Shown here: positions 12,301 through 26,282 of the stretch, piece by piece | Position numbering within the stretch: position 1 is the first letter of the stretch | How the letters are laid out: every line of letters starts with the position of its first letter | From: Antedon mediterranea | Lineage: Eukaryota; Animalia; Echinodermata | Reading direction: 5' to 3' | NCBI RefSeq assembly: GCF_964355755.1 | Contig: NC_092677.1 | Span: 13,414,101 to 13,478,100, forward strand | Length of the DNA stretch: 64,000 bases | Translations under genes and position numbers: made by a program | The notes under the pieces: model-generated | Seen by the model: only the letters and a program-made list of their open reading frames with translations | Databases searched by the model: none | What the model was told of the DNA's origin: nothing

Positions 12301-15300
12301 CAGGACCATACTACGTTAATCTATACTATTGTGTTCCCGGCCCGAGGCGTCGGGGTGTGGTCATATGGCCACTTTAAATGTGGTGCTATTAATTCTTAGT
12401 AAATTAATGCTAAAAATACGCATTTGAAATTGATTTTAAACACGTACTTGCCCGCACTGGGCCGGGGCAAGTGGCACATTTCTGGAAAGCCAGGACCATA
12501 CTAAGTCAATCTATACTATTGTGTACCCGGCCCGAGGCGTCGGGGTGTGGTCATATGGCCACTTTAAAAGTGGTGTTTACTAAATTAATGCTAAAAATAC
12601 GCATTTTAAATTGCTTTAAAATCCGTACTTGCCCGCACTGGGCCGGGGCAAGTGGCACATTTCTGGAATGCCAGGACCATTCTACGTCAATCTATACTAT
12701 TGTGTTCCCGGCCCGAGGCGTTGGGGTGTGGTCATATGGCCACTTTAAAAGTGGTGCTATTAATTCTTAGTAAATTAATGCTAAAAATACGCATTTGAAA
12801 TTGCTTTTAAACACGTACTCTCCCGCACTGGGCCGGGGCAAGTGGCACATTTCTGGAAAGTCAGGACCACACTACGTCAATCTATACTATTGTGTACCCG
12901 GCCCGAGGCGTCGGGGTGTGGTCATATGGCCACTTTAAAAGTGGTGTTTACTAAATTAATGCCAAAAATACGCATTTTAAATTGCTTTAAAATCCGTACT
13001 CGCCCGCACTGGGCCGGGGCAAGTGGCACATTTCTAGAAAGTCTGGACCTTTCTACGTCAATCTATATTATTGTGTACCCGGCCCGAGGCGTCGGGGTGT
13101 GGTCATATTGCCACTTTAAAAGTGGTGCTATTAATACTTAGTAAAATAACACTAAAAATACGCATTTTAAATTGCTTTAAAATCCGTACTTGCCCGCACT
13201 GGGCCGGGGCAAGTGGCATATTTCTGGAATGCCAGGACCATACTACGTTAATCTATACTATTGTGTTCCCGGCCCGAGGCGTCGGGGTGTGGTCATATGG
13301 CCACTTTAAATGTGGTGCTATTAATTCTTAGTAAATTAATGCTAAAAATACGCATTTGAAATTGATTTTAAACACGTACTTGCCCGCACTGGGCCGGGGC
13401 AAGTGGCACATTTCTGGAAAGCCAGGACCATACTAAGTCAATCTATACTATTGTGTACCCGGCCCGAGGCGTCGGGGTGTGGTCATATGGCCACTTTAAA
13501 AGTGGTGTTTACTAAATTAATGCTAAAAATACGCATTTTAAATTGCTTTAAAATCCGTACTTGCCCGCACTGGGCCGGGGCAAGTGGCACATTTCTGGAA
13601 TGCCAGGACAATTCTACGTCAATCTATACTATTGTGTTCCCGGCCCGAGGCGTTGGGGTGTGGTCATATGGCCACTTTAAAAGTGGTGCTATTAATTCTT
13701 AGTAAATTAATGCTAAAAATACGCATTTGAAATTGCTTTTAAACACGTACTTGCCCGCACTGGGCCGGGGCAAGTGGCACATTTCTGGAAAGTCAGGACC
13801 ACACTACGTCAATCTATACTATTGTGTACCCGGCCCGAGGCGTCGGGGTGTGGTCATATGGCCACTTTAAAAGTGGTGTTTACTAAATTAATGCCAAAAA
13901 TACGCATTTTAAATTGCTTTAAAATCCGTACTCGCCCGCACTGGGCCGGGGCAAGTAGCACATTTCTGGAAAGTCAGGACCATACTACGTCAATCTATAC
14001 TATTGTGTACCCGGCCCGAGGCGTCGGGGTGTGGTCATATTGCCACTTTAAAAGTGGTGCTATTAATACTTAGTAAAATAACACTAAAAATACGCATTTT
14101 AAATTGCTTTAAAATCCGTACTTGCCCGCACTGGTGGGCCGAGGCAAGTGGCATATTTCTGGAATGCCAGGACCATACTACGTTAATCTATACTATTGTG
14201 TACCCGGCCCGAGGCGTCGGGGTGTGGTCATATGGCCACTTTAAATGTGGTGCTATTAATTCTTAGTAAATTAATGCTAAAAATACGCATTTGAAATTGA
14301 TTTTAAACACGTACTTGCCCGCACTGGGCCGGGGCAAGTGGCACATTTCTGGAAAGCCAGGACCATACTAAGTCAATCTATACTATTGTGTACCCGGCCC
14401 GAGGCGTCGGGGTGTGGTCATATGGCCACTTTAAAAGTGGTGTTTACTAAATTAATGCTAAAAATACGCATTTTAAATTGCTTTAAAATCCGTACTTGCC
14501 CGCACTGGGCCGGGGCAAGTGGCACATTTCTAGAAAGTCTGGACCTTTCTACGTCAATCTATATTATTGTGTTCCCGGCCCAAGGCGTTGGGGTGTGGTC
14601 ATATGGCCACTTTAAAAGTGGTGCTATTAATTCTTAGTAAATTAATGCTAAAAATACGCATTTGAATTTGCTTTTAAACACGTACTTGCCCGCACTGGGC
14701 CGGGGCAAGTGGCACAATTCTGGAAAGTCAGGACCATACTACGTCAATCTATACTATTGTGTACCCGGCCCGAGGCGTCGCGGTGTGGTCATATGGCCAC
14801 TTTAAAAGTGGTGTTTACTAAATTAATGCCAAAAATACGCATTTTAAATTGCTTTAAAATCCGTACTCGCCCGCACTGGGCCGGGGCAAGTGGCACATTT
14901 CTGGAAAGCCAGGACCATACTACGTCAATCTATACTATTGTGTACCCGGCCCGAGGCGTCGGGGTGCGGTCATATGGCCACTTTAAAAGTGATGCTATTA
15001 ATACTTAGTAAAATAACACTAAAAATACGCATTTTAAAATGCTTTAAAACTCGTACTTGCCCGCACTGGGCCGGGGAAAGTGGCACATTTCTGGAATGCC
15101 AGGACCATACTACGTCAATCTATATTATTGTGTACCCGGCCCGAGGCGTCGGGGTGTGGTCATATGGCCACTTTAAAAGTGGTGCTATTAATACTTAGTA
15201 AAATAACACTAAAAATACGCATTTTAAATTGCTTTAAAACACGTACTTGCCCGCACTGGGCCGGGGCAAGTGGCACATTTCTAGAAAGTCTGGACCTTTC

Positions 15301-18300
15301 TACGTCAATCCATACTATTGTGAACCCGGCCCGAGGCGTCGGGGTGTGGTAATATTGCCACTTTAAAAGTGGTGCTATTAATACTTAGTAAAATAACACT
15401 AAAAATACGCATTTAAAATTGCTTTAAAATCCGTACTTGCCCGCACTGGGCCGGGGCAAGTGGCATATTTCTGGAATGCCAGGACCATACTACGTTAATC
15501 TATACTATTGTGTTCCCGGCCCGAGGCGTCGGGGTGTGGTCATATGGCCACTTTAAATGTGGTGCTATTAATTCTTAGTAAATTAATGCTAAAAATACGC
15601 ATTTGAAATTGCTTTAAAACACGTACTTGCCCGCACTGGGCCGGGACAAGTGGCACATTTCTGGAATGCCAGGACCATACTACGTCAATCTATATTATCG
15701 TGAACCCGACCCGAAGCGTCGGTGTGTGGTCATATTATGGCCACTTTAAAAGTGGTGTTTACTAAATTAATGCTAAAAATACGCATTTGAAATTGCTTTT
15801 AAACACGTACTTGCCCGCACTGGGCCGGGGCAAGTGGTACGTTTATGGAATGCCCGGACCATTCTACATCAATCTATACTATTGTGAACCCGACCCGAGG
15901 CGTCGGGGTGTGGTCATATGGCCACTTTAAAAGTGGTGTTTACTAAATTAATGCTAAAAATACGCATTTTAAATTGCTTTAAAATCCGTTCTTGCCCGCA
16001 CTGGGCCGGGGCAAGTGGCACATTTCTGAAAAGCCAGGACCATACTGCGTCAATCTATACTATTGTGTACCCGGCCCGAGGCGTCGGGGTGTGGTCATAT
16101 GGCCACTTTAAAAGTGGTGCTATTAATACTTAGTAAAATAACACTAAAAATACGCATTTTAAATTGCTTTAAAACACGTACTTGCCTGCACTGGGCCGGG
16201 GCAAGTGGCACATTTCTAGAAAGTCTGGACCTTTCTACGTCAATCCATACTATTGTGAACCCGGCCCGAGGCGTCGGGGTGTGGTCATATTGCCACTTTA
16301 AAAGTGGTGCTATTAATACTTAGTAAAATAACACTAAAAATACGCATTTGAAATTGCTTTTAAACACGTACTTGCCCGCACTGGGCCGGGGCAAGTGGCA
16401 CATTTCTGAAAAGTCAGGAACATACTACGTCAATCTATACTATTGTGTACCCGGCCCGAGGCGTCGGGGTGTGGTCATATGGCCACTTTAAAAGTGGTGT
16501 TTACTAAATTAATGCCAAAAATACGCCTTTTAAATTGCTTTAAAACACGTACTTGCCCGCACTGGGCCGGGGCAAGTGGCACATTTCTGGAATGCCAGGA
16601 CCATACTACGTCAATCTATATTATCGTGAACCCGACCCGAAGCGTCGGTGTGTGGTCATATTATGGCCACTTTAAAAGTGGTGTTTACTAAATTAATGCT
16701 AAAAATACGCATTTGAAATTGCTTTTAAACACGTACTTGCCCGCACTGGGCCGGGGCAAGTGGCACGTTTATGGAATGCCAAGACCATTCTACATCAATC
16801 TATACTATTGTGAACCCGACCCGAGGCGTCGGGGTGTGGTCATATGGCCACTTTAAAAGTGGTGTTTACTAAATTAATGCTAAAAATACGCATTTTAAAT
16901 TGCTTTAAAATCCGTACTTGCCCGCACTGGGCCGGGGCAAGTGGCACATTTCTGGAAAGCCAGGACCATACTGCGTCAATCTATACTATTGTGTACCCGG
17001 CCCAAGGCGTCGGGGTGTGGTCATATGGACACTTTAAAAGTGGTGCTATTAATACTTAGTAAAATAACACTAAAAATACGCATTTTAAATTGCTTTAAAA
17101 CACGTACTTGCCCGCGCTGGGCCGGGGCAAGTGGCACATTTCTAGAAAGTCTGGACCTTTCTACGTCAATCCATACTATTGTGAACCCGGCCCGAGGCGT
17201 CGGGGTGTGGTCATATTGCCACTTTAAAAGTGGTGCTATTAATACTTAGTAAAATAACACTAAAAATACGCATTTTAAATTGCTTTAAAATCCGTACTTG
17301 CCCGCACTGGGCCGGGGCAAGTGGCATATTTCTGGAATGCCAGGACCATACTACGTTAATCTATACTATTGTGTTCCCGGCCCGAGGCGTCGGGGTGTGG
17401 TCATATGGCCACTTTAAATGTGGTGCTATTAATTCTTAGTAAAAAATTAATTAATGCTAAAAATACGCATTTGAAATTGCTTTTAAACACGTACTTGCCC
17501 GCACTGGGCCGGGGCAAGTGGCACATTTCTGGAAAGCCAGGACCATACTAAGTCAATCTATACTATTGTGTACTCGGCCCGAGGCGTCAGGGTGTGGTCA
17601 TTATGGCCACTTTAAAAGTGGTGTTTACTAAATTAATGCTAAAAATACGCATTTTAAATTGCTTTAAAATCCGTACTTGCCCGCACTGGGCCGGGGCAAG
17701 TGGCACATTTCTGGAATGCCAGGACCATTCTACGTCAATCTATACTATTGTGTTCCCGGCCCGAGGCGTTGGGGTGTGGTCATATGGCCACTTTAAAAGT
17801 GGTGCTATTAATTCTTAGTAAATTAATGCTAAAAATACGCATTTGAAATTGCTTTTAAACACGTACTTGCCCGCACTGGGCCGGGGCAAGTGGCACATTT
17901 CTGAAAAGTCAGGAACATACTACGTCAATCTATACTATTGTGTACCCGGCCCGAGGCGTCGGGATGTGGTCATATGGCCAGTTTAAAAGTGGTGTTTACT
18001 AAATTAATGCCAAAAATACACATTTTAAATTGCTTTAAAATCCGTACTCGCCCGCACTGGGCCGGGGCAAGTGGCAAATTTCTGGAAAGCCAGGACCATA
18101 CTACGTCAATCTATACTATTGTGTACCCGGCCCGAGGCGTCGGGGTGCGGTCATATTGCCACTTTAAAAGTGGTGCTATTAATACTTAGTAAAATAACAC
18201 TAAAAATACGCATTTTAAATTGCTTTAAAACCCGTACTTGCCCGCACTGGGCCGGGGAAAGTGGCACATTTCTGGAATGCCAGGACCATACTACGTCAAT

Positions 18301-21300
18301 CTATATTTTTGTGTACCCGGCCCGAGGCGTCGGGGTGTGGTCATATGGCCACTTTAAAAGTGGTGCTATTAATACTTAGTAAAATAACACTAAAAATACG
18401 CATTTTAAATTGCTTTAAAACACGTACTTGCCCGCACTGGGCCGGGGCAAGTGGCACATTTCTGGAATGTCCGGACCATTCTACGTCAATCCATACTATT
18501 GTGAATCCGGCCCGAGGCGTCGGGGTGTGGTCATATTGCCACTTTAAAAGTGGTGCTATTAATACTTAGTAAAATAACACTAAAAATACGCATTTAAAAT
18601 TGCTTTAAAATCCGTACTTGCCCGCACTGGGCCGGGGCAAGTGGCATATTTCTGGAATGCCAGGACCATACTACGGTAATCTATACTATTGTGTTCCCGG
18701 CCCGAGGCGTCGGGGTGTGGTCATATGGCCACTTTAAATGTGGTGCTATTAATTCTTAGTAAATTAATGCTAAAAATACGCATTTGAAATTGCTTTAAAA
18801 CACGTACTTGCTCGCACTGGGCCGGGACAAGTGGCACATTTCTGGAATGCCAGGACCATACTACGTCAATCTATATTATCGTGAACCCGACCCGAAGCGT
18901 CGGTGTGTGGTCATATTATGGCCACTTTAAAAGTGGTGTTTACTAAATTAATGCTAAAAATACGCATTTGAAATTGCTTTTAAACACGTACTTGCCCGCA
19001 CTGGGCCGGGGCAAGTGGCACGTTTATGGAATGCCCGGACCATTCTACATCAATCTATACTATTGTGAACCCGACCCGAGGCGTCGGGGTGTGGTCATAT
19101 GGCCACTTTAAAAGTGGTGTTTACTAAATTAATGCTAAAAATACGCATTTTAAATTGCTTTAAAATCCGTTCTTGCCCGCACTGGGCCGGGGCAAGTGGC
19201 ACATTTCTGAAAAGCCAGGACCATACTGCGTCAATCTATACTATTGTGTACCCGGCCCGAGGCGTCGGGGTGTGGTCATATGGCCACTTTAAAAGTGGTG
19301 CTATTAATACTTAGTAAAATAACACTAAAAATACGCATTTTAAATTGCTTTAAAACACGTACTTGCCTGCACTGGGCCTGGGCAAGTGGCACATTTCTAG
19401 AAAGTCTGGACCTTTCTACGTCAATCCATACTATTGTGAACCCGGCCCGAGGCGTCGGGGTGTGGTCATATTGCCACTTTAAAAGTGGTGCTATTAATAC
19501 TTAGTAAAATAACACTAAAAATACGCATTTGAAATTGCTTTTAAACACGTACTTGCCCGCACTGGGCCGGGGCAAGTGGCACATTTCTGAAAAGTCAGGA
19601 ACATACTACGTCAATCTATACTATTGTGTACCCGGCCCGAGGCGTCGGGGTGTGGTCATATGGCCACTTTAAAAGTGGTGTTTACTAAATTAATGCCAAA
19701 AATACGCCTTTTAAATTGCTTTAAAACACGTACTTGCCCGCACTGGGCCGGGGCAAGTGGCACATTTCTGGAATGCCAGGACCATACTACGGCAATCTAT
19801 ATTATCGTGAACCCGACCCGAAGCGTCGGTGTGTGGTCATATTATGGCCACTTTAAAAGTGGTGTTTACTAAATTAATGCTAAAAATACGCATTTGAAAT
19901 TGCTTTTAAACACGTACTTGCCCGCACTGGGCCGGGGCAAGTGGCACGTTTATGGAATGCCAAGACCATTCTACATCAATCTATACTATTGTGAACCCGA
20001 CCCGAGGCGTCGGGGTGTGGTCATATGGCCACTTTAAAAGTGGTGTTTACTAAATTAATGCTAAAAATACGCATTTTAAATTGCTTTAAAATCCGTACTT
20101 GCCCGCACTGGGCCGGGGCAAGTGGCACATTTCTGGAAAGCCAGGACCATACTGCGTCAATCTATACTATTGTGTACCCGGCCCAAGGCGTCGGGGTGTG
20201 GTCATATGGCCACTTTAAAAGTGGTGCTATTAATACTTAGTAAAATAACACTAAAAATACGCATTTTAAATTGCTTTAAAACACGTACTTGCCCGCGCTG
20301 GGCCGGGGCAAGTGGCACATTTCTGGAAAGCCAGGACCATACTACGTCAATCCATACTATTGTGAACCCGGCCCGAGGCGTCGGGGTGTGGTCATATTGC
20401 CACTTTAAAAGTGGTGCTATTAATACTTAGTAAAATAACACTAAAAATACGCATTTTAAATTGCTTTAAAATCCGTACTTGCCCGCACTGGGCCGGGGCA
20501 AGTGGCACATTTCTGGAATGCCAGGACCATTCTACGTCAATCTATACTATTGTGTTCCCGGCCCGAGGCGTTGGGGTGTGGTCATATGGCCACTTTAAAA
20601 GTGGTGCTATTAATTCTTAGTAAATTAATGCTAAAAATACGCATTTGAAATTGCTTTTAAACACGTACTTGCCCGCACTGGGCCGGGGCAAGTGGCACAT
20701 TTCTGAAAAGTCAGGAACATACTACGTCAATCTATACTATTGTGTACCCGGCCCGAGGCGTCGGGGTGTGGTCATATGGCCACTTTAAAAGTGGTGTTTA
20801 CTAAATTAATGCCAAAAATACACATTTTAAATTGCTTTAAAATCCGTACTCGCCCGCACTGGGCCGGGGCAAGTGGCACATTTCTGGAAAGCCAGGACCA
20901 TACTACGTCAATCTATACTATTGTGTACCCGGCCCGAGGCGTCGGGGTGCGGTCATATTGCCACTTTAAAAGTGGTGCTATTAATACTTAGTAAAATAAC
21001 ACTAAAAATACGCATTTTAAATTGCTTTAAAACCCGTACTTGCCCGCACTGGGCCGGGGAAAGTGGCACATTTCTGGAATGCCAGGACCATACTACGTCA
21101 ATCTATATTTTTGTGTACCCGGCCCGAGGCGTCGGGGTGTGGTCATATGGCCACTTTAAAAGTGGTGCTATTAATACTTAGTAAAATAACACTAAAAATA
21201 CGCATTTTAAATTGCTTTAAAACACGTACTTGCCCGCACTGGGCCGGGGCAAGTGGCACATTTCTGGAATGTCCGGACCATTCTACGTCAATCCATACTA

Positions 21301-22635
21301 TTGTGAATCCGGCCCGAGGCGTCGGGGTGTGGTCATATTGCCACTTTAAAAGTGGTGCTATTAATTCTTAGTAAATTAATGCTAAAAATACGCATTTTAA
21401 ATTGCTTTTAAACACGTACTTGCCCGCACTGGGCCGGGGCAAGTGGCACATTTCTGGAAAGTCAGGACCATACTACGTCAATCTATACTATTGTGTACCC
21501 GGCCCGAGGCGTCGGGGTGTGGTCATATGGCCACTTTAAAAGTGGTGTTTACTAAATTAATGCCAAAAATACGCATTTTAAATTGCTTTAAAATCCGTAC
21601 TTGCCCGCACTGGGCCGGGGCAAGTGGCACATTTCTGGAATGCCAGGACCATACTACGGCAATCTATATTATCGTGAACCCGACCCGAAGCGTCGGTGTG
21701 TGGTCATATTATGGCCACTTTAAAAGTGGTGTTTACTAAATTAATGCTAAAAATACGCATTTGAAATTGCTTTTAAACACGTACTTGCCCGCACTGGGCC
21801 GGGGCAAGTGGCACATTTCTGGAAAGTCAGGACCATACTACGTCAATCTATACTATTGTGTACCCGGCCCGAGGCGTCGGGGTGTGGTCATATGGCCACT
21901 TTAAAAGTGGTGTTTACTAAATTAATGCCAAAAATACGCATTTTAAATTGCTTTAAAATCCGTACTCGCCCGCACTGGGCCGGGGCAAGTGGCACATTTC
22001 TGGAAAGCCAGGACCATACTACGTCAATCTATACTATTGTGTACCCGGCGGCCGGCCCGAGACGTCGGGGTGTGGTCATATTGCCACTTTAAAAGTGGTG
22101 CTATTAATACTTAGTAAAATAACACTAAAAATACGCATTTTAAATTGCTTTAAAACCCGTACTTGCCCGCACTGGGCCGGGGCAATTGGCACATTTCTGG
22201 AATGCCAGGACCATACTACGTCAATCTATATTATTGTGTACCCGGCCCGAGGCGTCGGGGTGTGGTCATATGGCCACTTTAAAAGTGGTGCTATTAATTC
22301 TTAGTAAATTATTGCTAAAAATATGCATTTGAAATTGCTTTAAAACACGTACTTGCCCGCACTGGGCCGGGGCAGGTGGCACATTTCTGGAATGCCAGGA
22401 CCATACTACGTCAATCTATACTATTGTGTACCCGACGCGAGGCGTCGGTGTGTGGTCATATGGCCACTTTAAAAGTGGTGTTTACTAAATTAATTCTAAA
22501 AATACGCATTTTAAATTGCTTTAAAATCCGTACTTGCCCGATCTGGGTCGGGGCAAGTGGCACATTTCTGGAATTCCAGGACCATACTACGTCAATCTAT
22601 ACTATTGTGAACCCGGCCCGAGGCGTTGGTATGGT
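9313..22635 (+). repeat. Minisatellite array, right arm (about 70 units of 181/190 bp, with higher-order repeats)
   Basis: Reverse complement of the left-arm unit; 181-bp (gtggtgtttactaaatt) and 190-bp (gtggtgctattaat.cttagtaaa) variants; ORF-track echoes recur at about 932-bp and 3181-bp spacing. Confidence 0.95.
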
Positions 22636-23364
22636 CGTAATATCGGAACTAAAAAACGTAAATCTGTGATAAAATAGGTACATCTACACTAGGTCTACTT
22701 TGGTACGAATTTGGGCCAGCCGGTCGGCCGCGGCCTAGCGAACGTCGAATAAGGAACCAACTTCACGAATGAATGTCGAATAGGGAATAAGTAACAGCAG
22801 GAGATTGGTTGGTGGCGCACGGCATATTTACCGCTGGGAAATTATCATTTTCGAAATTTTGGCCTAGCCTAGCGAATGTCGAACGTCGAATAAGGAACCA
22901 ACTTCCATTGACGAATGTCGAATAAGGAATAAGTAACCAACTTCACGGCGCTTTCGGTTTGTCAGGTTGATTCATTATTTACAATCATAGAGATATTATA
23001 GTGAACTCTGTTCACAGTGCATGGGACTGAATAAATATTAAACTGATAAGGCGAGTATGGTCCTCTCGAAATGTGTTTATCATAATAATAGGGCTTATAG
23101 ACATAATAACATATTTGTATTACTCATGTCTAAAGGATACTGTTTAAAGATGCTGTAAATACACAATAATAAAACAGGATGCTGAAGTTTCTTATATCTG
23201 TGGCTGCGACACGATCAGTTCCATGCCTTACAGATAAGTGTACAATACTGTTGGTATTTGTCGCAGTCATACATAAGATCAAAGGACGAGTTTCCATCTT
23301 GGCAACATGTTTCTGTAGATTGTCTTGGTAGGTAATTATAAACTAAATTCTTTTCAGTAACAAA

Positions 23365-23890
23365 ATGGATGATAGCTTTACAGACTTTCGACAAGAATTC
23401 AGTAATGCTTATCCCGGGGATAGAAGACGGGAGTTGAGATTTCTTCTGCATTATCATCTACCGATTGGTTTATTGTCTAAGGAACACAACTCAGGAATAG
23501 ATTTGTTTAATGAACTTAAAACTAAAGGCATCATCACATACAATAATGTTAAAATTATGTCAGAAATTGCAGACGTGACAGAAAACGCCGACGCAAAAGC
23601 AAGTGTAACTAAATACAAAAAGGAAGTTGGTAAAGACTATGATGGCAAGGGTGGGAAAAGTTTGTCTTCACATCGTAAAACTTTCTATAAAGCTATGGAT
23701 GAAATCACGGAAGAATTAGACGGGGGTGATGTACATAAGTTGGTTGGCTACTACGGATTGGGCTCACAAGGCAAGACAAATAAATGGAATTTAGTGTTTT
23801 ATTTAGAGAAAGAGTTAAAATTAAACACACGGAAGAAACTGGAGAGATTTGCCAATCAGTTGAATGCGAGTGCAAAAGTCAAATTGCTTG
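23365..23890 (+). CDS. DED gene 1, first coding exon type A (tandem DED-like pair)
   Basis: ttttcag|taacaaaATG; donor CTT G|gtatgt. ELRFLL..SGIDLFNEL..GII...NV.IMSEI resembles the FADD DED (ELKFLC..SGLDLF); LSSHRK.FY resembles the start of caspase-8 DED2. Confidence 0.85.
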
Positions 23891-24281
23891 GTATGTATGT
23901 AAAACAGTGCTATTAATGTATATTTAAATTAATATCAAATAACAGCATAAAATTGTTTACTTATAATTTTAGTAGATAACTACAATATTGTTTTGTATGG
24001 CCAGCATATATAGCTGACCACATATCGGACTAAATTTGCAATTACAGTATATATATTTTTGTTCAAGAAGGGGGGCGGGGGGAGCGGGAGAACGATTGAT
24101 GATAAGTTCTAAACTTTTGGTCTCTGTCTGGATAAAAAAATGTATATCTTACAGTATGTTAATTTGTTGTTGGAAATAAAACATTAATGTATTGTAACTA
24201 AAAAGATAATTCGAACCTGTTTATATAAATTTGTTCTTCTGTATCGGTTATTCAACTATTGTTCTTATTTACATGATGCAG

Positions 24282-24335
24282 GTGAACAACCAGTTGCTGG
24301 TGGGGGTGCCGTGGAAGCAACATCAACAGCAGCAG
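24282..24335 (+). CDS. DED gene 1 linker micro-exon (GEQPVAGGGAVEATSTAA)
   Basis: gcag|GT..GCA G|gtaagt; 54 nt, phase 1-1. Confidence 0.75.
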
Positions 24336-24570
24336 GTAAGTATCTCTTTGAACCGACTAAGTTTGTATTATACAATGCATTGAGAAAAATGTCTGAATGA
24401 ATACTCAAATTTTCCTAAGCGTTTCAGCCTAAATTTACGATTCATAAAACCGATAACATATATAGGCCTACAATGAGAACGAGGAAAAATGCCATATACC
24501 ATTTTTCAATATTTTTGTTCACAAATGAACGGATTGAGTCCAATTAACAAACCTTTTTCCTGATTTGCAG

Positions 24571-25106
24571 AATTGACCGACGATGATTACAAGCTTTTCA
24601 AAACGACCGTGTCAGCGTATTACGATAACAGACCGGATTGCCGTATTATGTTGATGGTGCTGTTTGGAGACCATGTTCCTACACAAAATCATAAAACACG
24701 TAATAGTACAATAGATTGGTTAAATGCGTTAGAGGAATCTGATGATCTAAGTTCTGATGACATCTCTATCGTATATGATACAATAAACCTGACAGCACAT
24801 TATGCTTTACAAAAGAAGATCAAAAAAGAAAAACTATCATTTCCAGAAGTTAGGCCAATAGAAATTACCAACTTCAGCAATTACAGACAGAAGATAATGA
24901 AATTTGGAAAGGGAATAACTTCAAAAGATGTAGCAAAGATTGATGGGTACTATAACAATCCAGTTAAGAAATACGAAAGTAGTTGGGGAATGATATATGA
25001 TTTAGAATTTGAGCAATCAATCTTCAAAGAAAGCAACATCGACGAATTTGTTGCAAAGTTGAAGCAATTGAAACTTCCGTCAAGCCCGGCAGAATTGTTG
25101 GAATAA
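24571..25106 (+). CDS. DED gene 1 terminal exon type B (tandem DED-like pair); spliced CDS 526+54+536=1116 nt, 371 aa
   Basis: tttgcag|AA TTG ACC GAC GAT; in frame with the upstream exons to TAA at 25106. Confidence 0.85.
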
Positions 25107-26199
25107 TTCAGATTTTATGCAAATTATCTGAAATAATTCTCTTCCTATGAATTGTACTTCATGACTCTTTACTCAGAGCCTTGCACCTGATGATAAAATC
25201 AATATTGTTTATCTCCTTCATGAAATAGTCTGTAGTTTGCAATGTTTTATTCAAAGCAACTAAGATCATTACGAAAATAAAATTTAATCAAAATGCTGAG
25301 TGTTAACATACTTAAAATGCTATAATTAAAGTTAAAATAAATAATTTTGTTCTAATAAATGTATCTAATAAACTTTCTTATGATAGATAGGCCTACATTT
25401 ACATTTTTTGTTTATAAATTGATGGCCTATAAACATTTTATATAACTTTTTATTTTAGTATAATGTATACTTTTTTAGTTATGGAAGACATTGTTATTTC
25501 TACGTATGACTACCAATTATTTGAATAGTCAAGCAGCTTTATTAATATTTAGATTTAAATATTTTAGATCAAGTAAAAATTAGTGTGATCAAGTATATAA
25601 TAAATTTTATTTTGTATGTACAGTACAAGACCAACTTGTGTTGATCTGGTCTCTCTGTTTAAATAAAGTTGAACTTGAACTATATTCTTTTTTGTTAATT
25701 TCTTTTGAGAAGACGAGTTCTCGGTAAACCTTGAGTTAATACATTATTTATTAATTGATTATTTGGAGTGTGGGAGCAGATTATGACCATGATAATAACA
25801 GATAAGTGATGACAGTAAATTCACAGTTTCATAAACACACAGGTCAGATCTACACAATATGTTAACATCTTTACTGTTATCATTGTATGGTTGATTGAAA
25901 GGAAAAGGTACTATTACCCACCGATTTTGCGGTGTTGTATGGGGACATGTTGGCAAAAATTAGTTCAGGTTAATCACGTTTTGTAAAGTGTAATTTACCT
26001 TGGGGAGGCGTATTTTTCTGAATCATTAAAACATCATTCATTTTCCACACACAGTGAACTGTCTGTCGTGAGAAACTTAAGCCTAAAAATATCATTTCCT
26101 CCTCGAGTGAACTTCAGCACAAACATACACACAATCATTCACCCCTGTGCTGTCTGTAAACCTGTTAACGTTACAAATAGACCGTAAACATTGGAGCTA

Positions 26200-26282
26200 C
26201 CGTTGACCTTGATAATAATAATAGTTATACCTGGAATTTCCCTTTTGATCGTTTCGACAGTACAGTACCCAAAATAGGTTTT
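26200..26282 (+). promoter_or_regulatory. Conserved upstream module with a canonical kappaB-like site (GGAATTTCCC at 26233-26242)
   Basis: ccgttgaccttgata..ggaatttcc..gatcg..aaaataggtt is repeated at about 45658-45750 and more weakly at about 33830-33895; the reverse complement GGGAAATTCC fits GGGRNWYYCC. Confidence 0.45.

Larger units (their letters stand above)
5732..22952. mobile_element. Giant (17,221 bp) non-coding foldback-type DNA element with long modular inverted arms and a 9-bp TSD
   Basis: Ends agcgccgtgaagttggttac.. / ..gtaaccaacttcacggcgct; about 320-bp outer arms are near-perfect reverse complements (two mismatches seen); flanked by the direct repeat TTCGGTTTG at 5723-5731 and 22953-22961. 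Confidence 0.93.

Noticed and set aside
6050-22635. Possible CRISPR array or repeat-spacer system
   Set aside because: There are no unique spacers (whole units repeat), no cas genes, and the context is eukaryotic.
6199-22669. Dozens of 60-145 aa ORFs (MAHFWKARTILRQ.., CPHWAGASG..) in the ORF track
   Set aside because: They are translations of a 181/190-bp tandem unit whose lengths are not multiples of 3; they appear in all frames and on both strands, with no coding signal.
5732-22952. Palindrome as a pure assembly or read-chimera artefact
   Set aside because: The 9-bp TSD, mismatches between arms, unequal arm lengths and resumption of unique gene sequence on both sides argue for a real element; the exact array length still needs read support.
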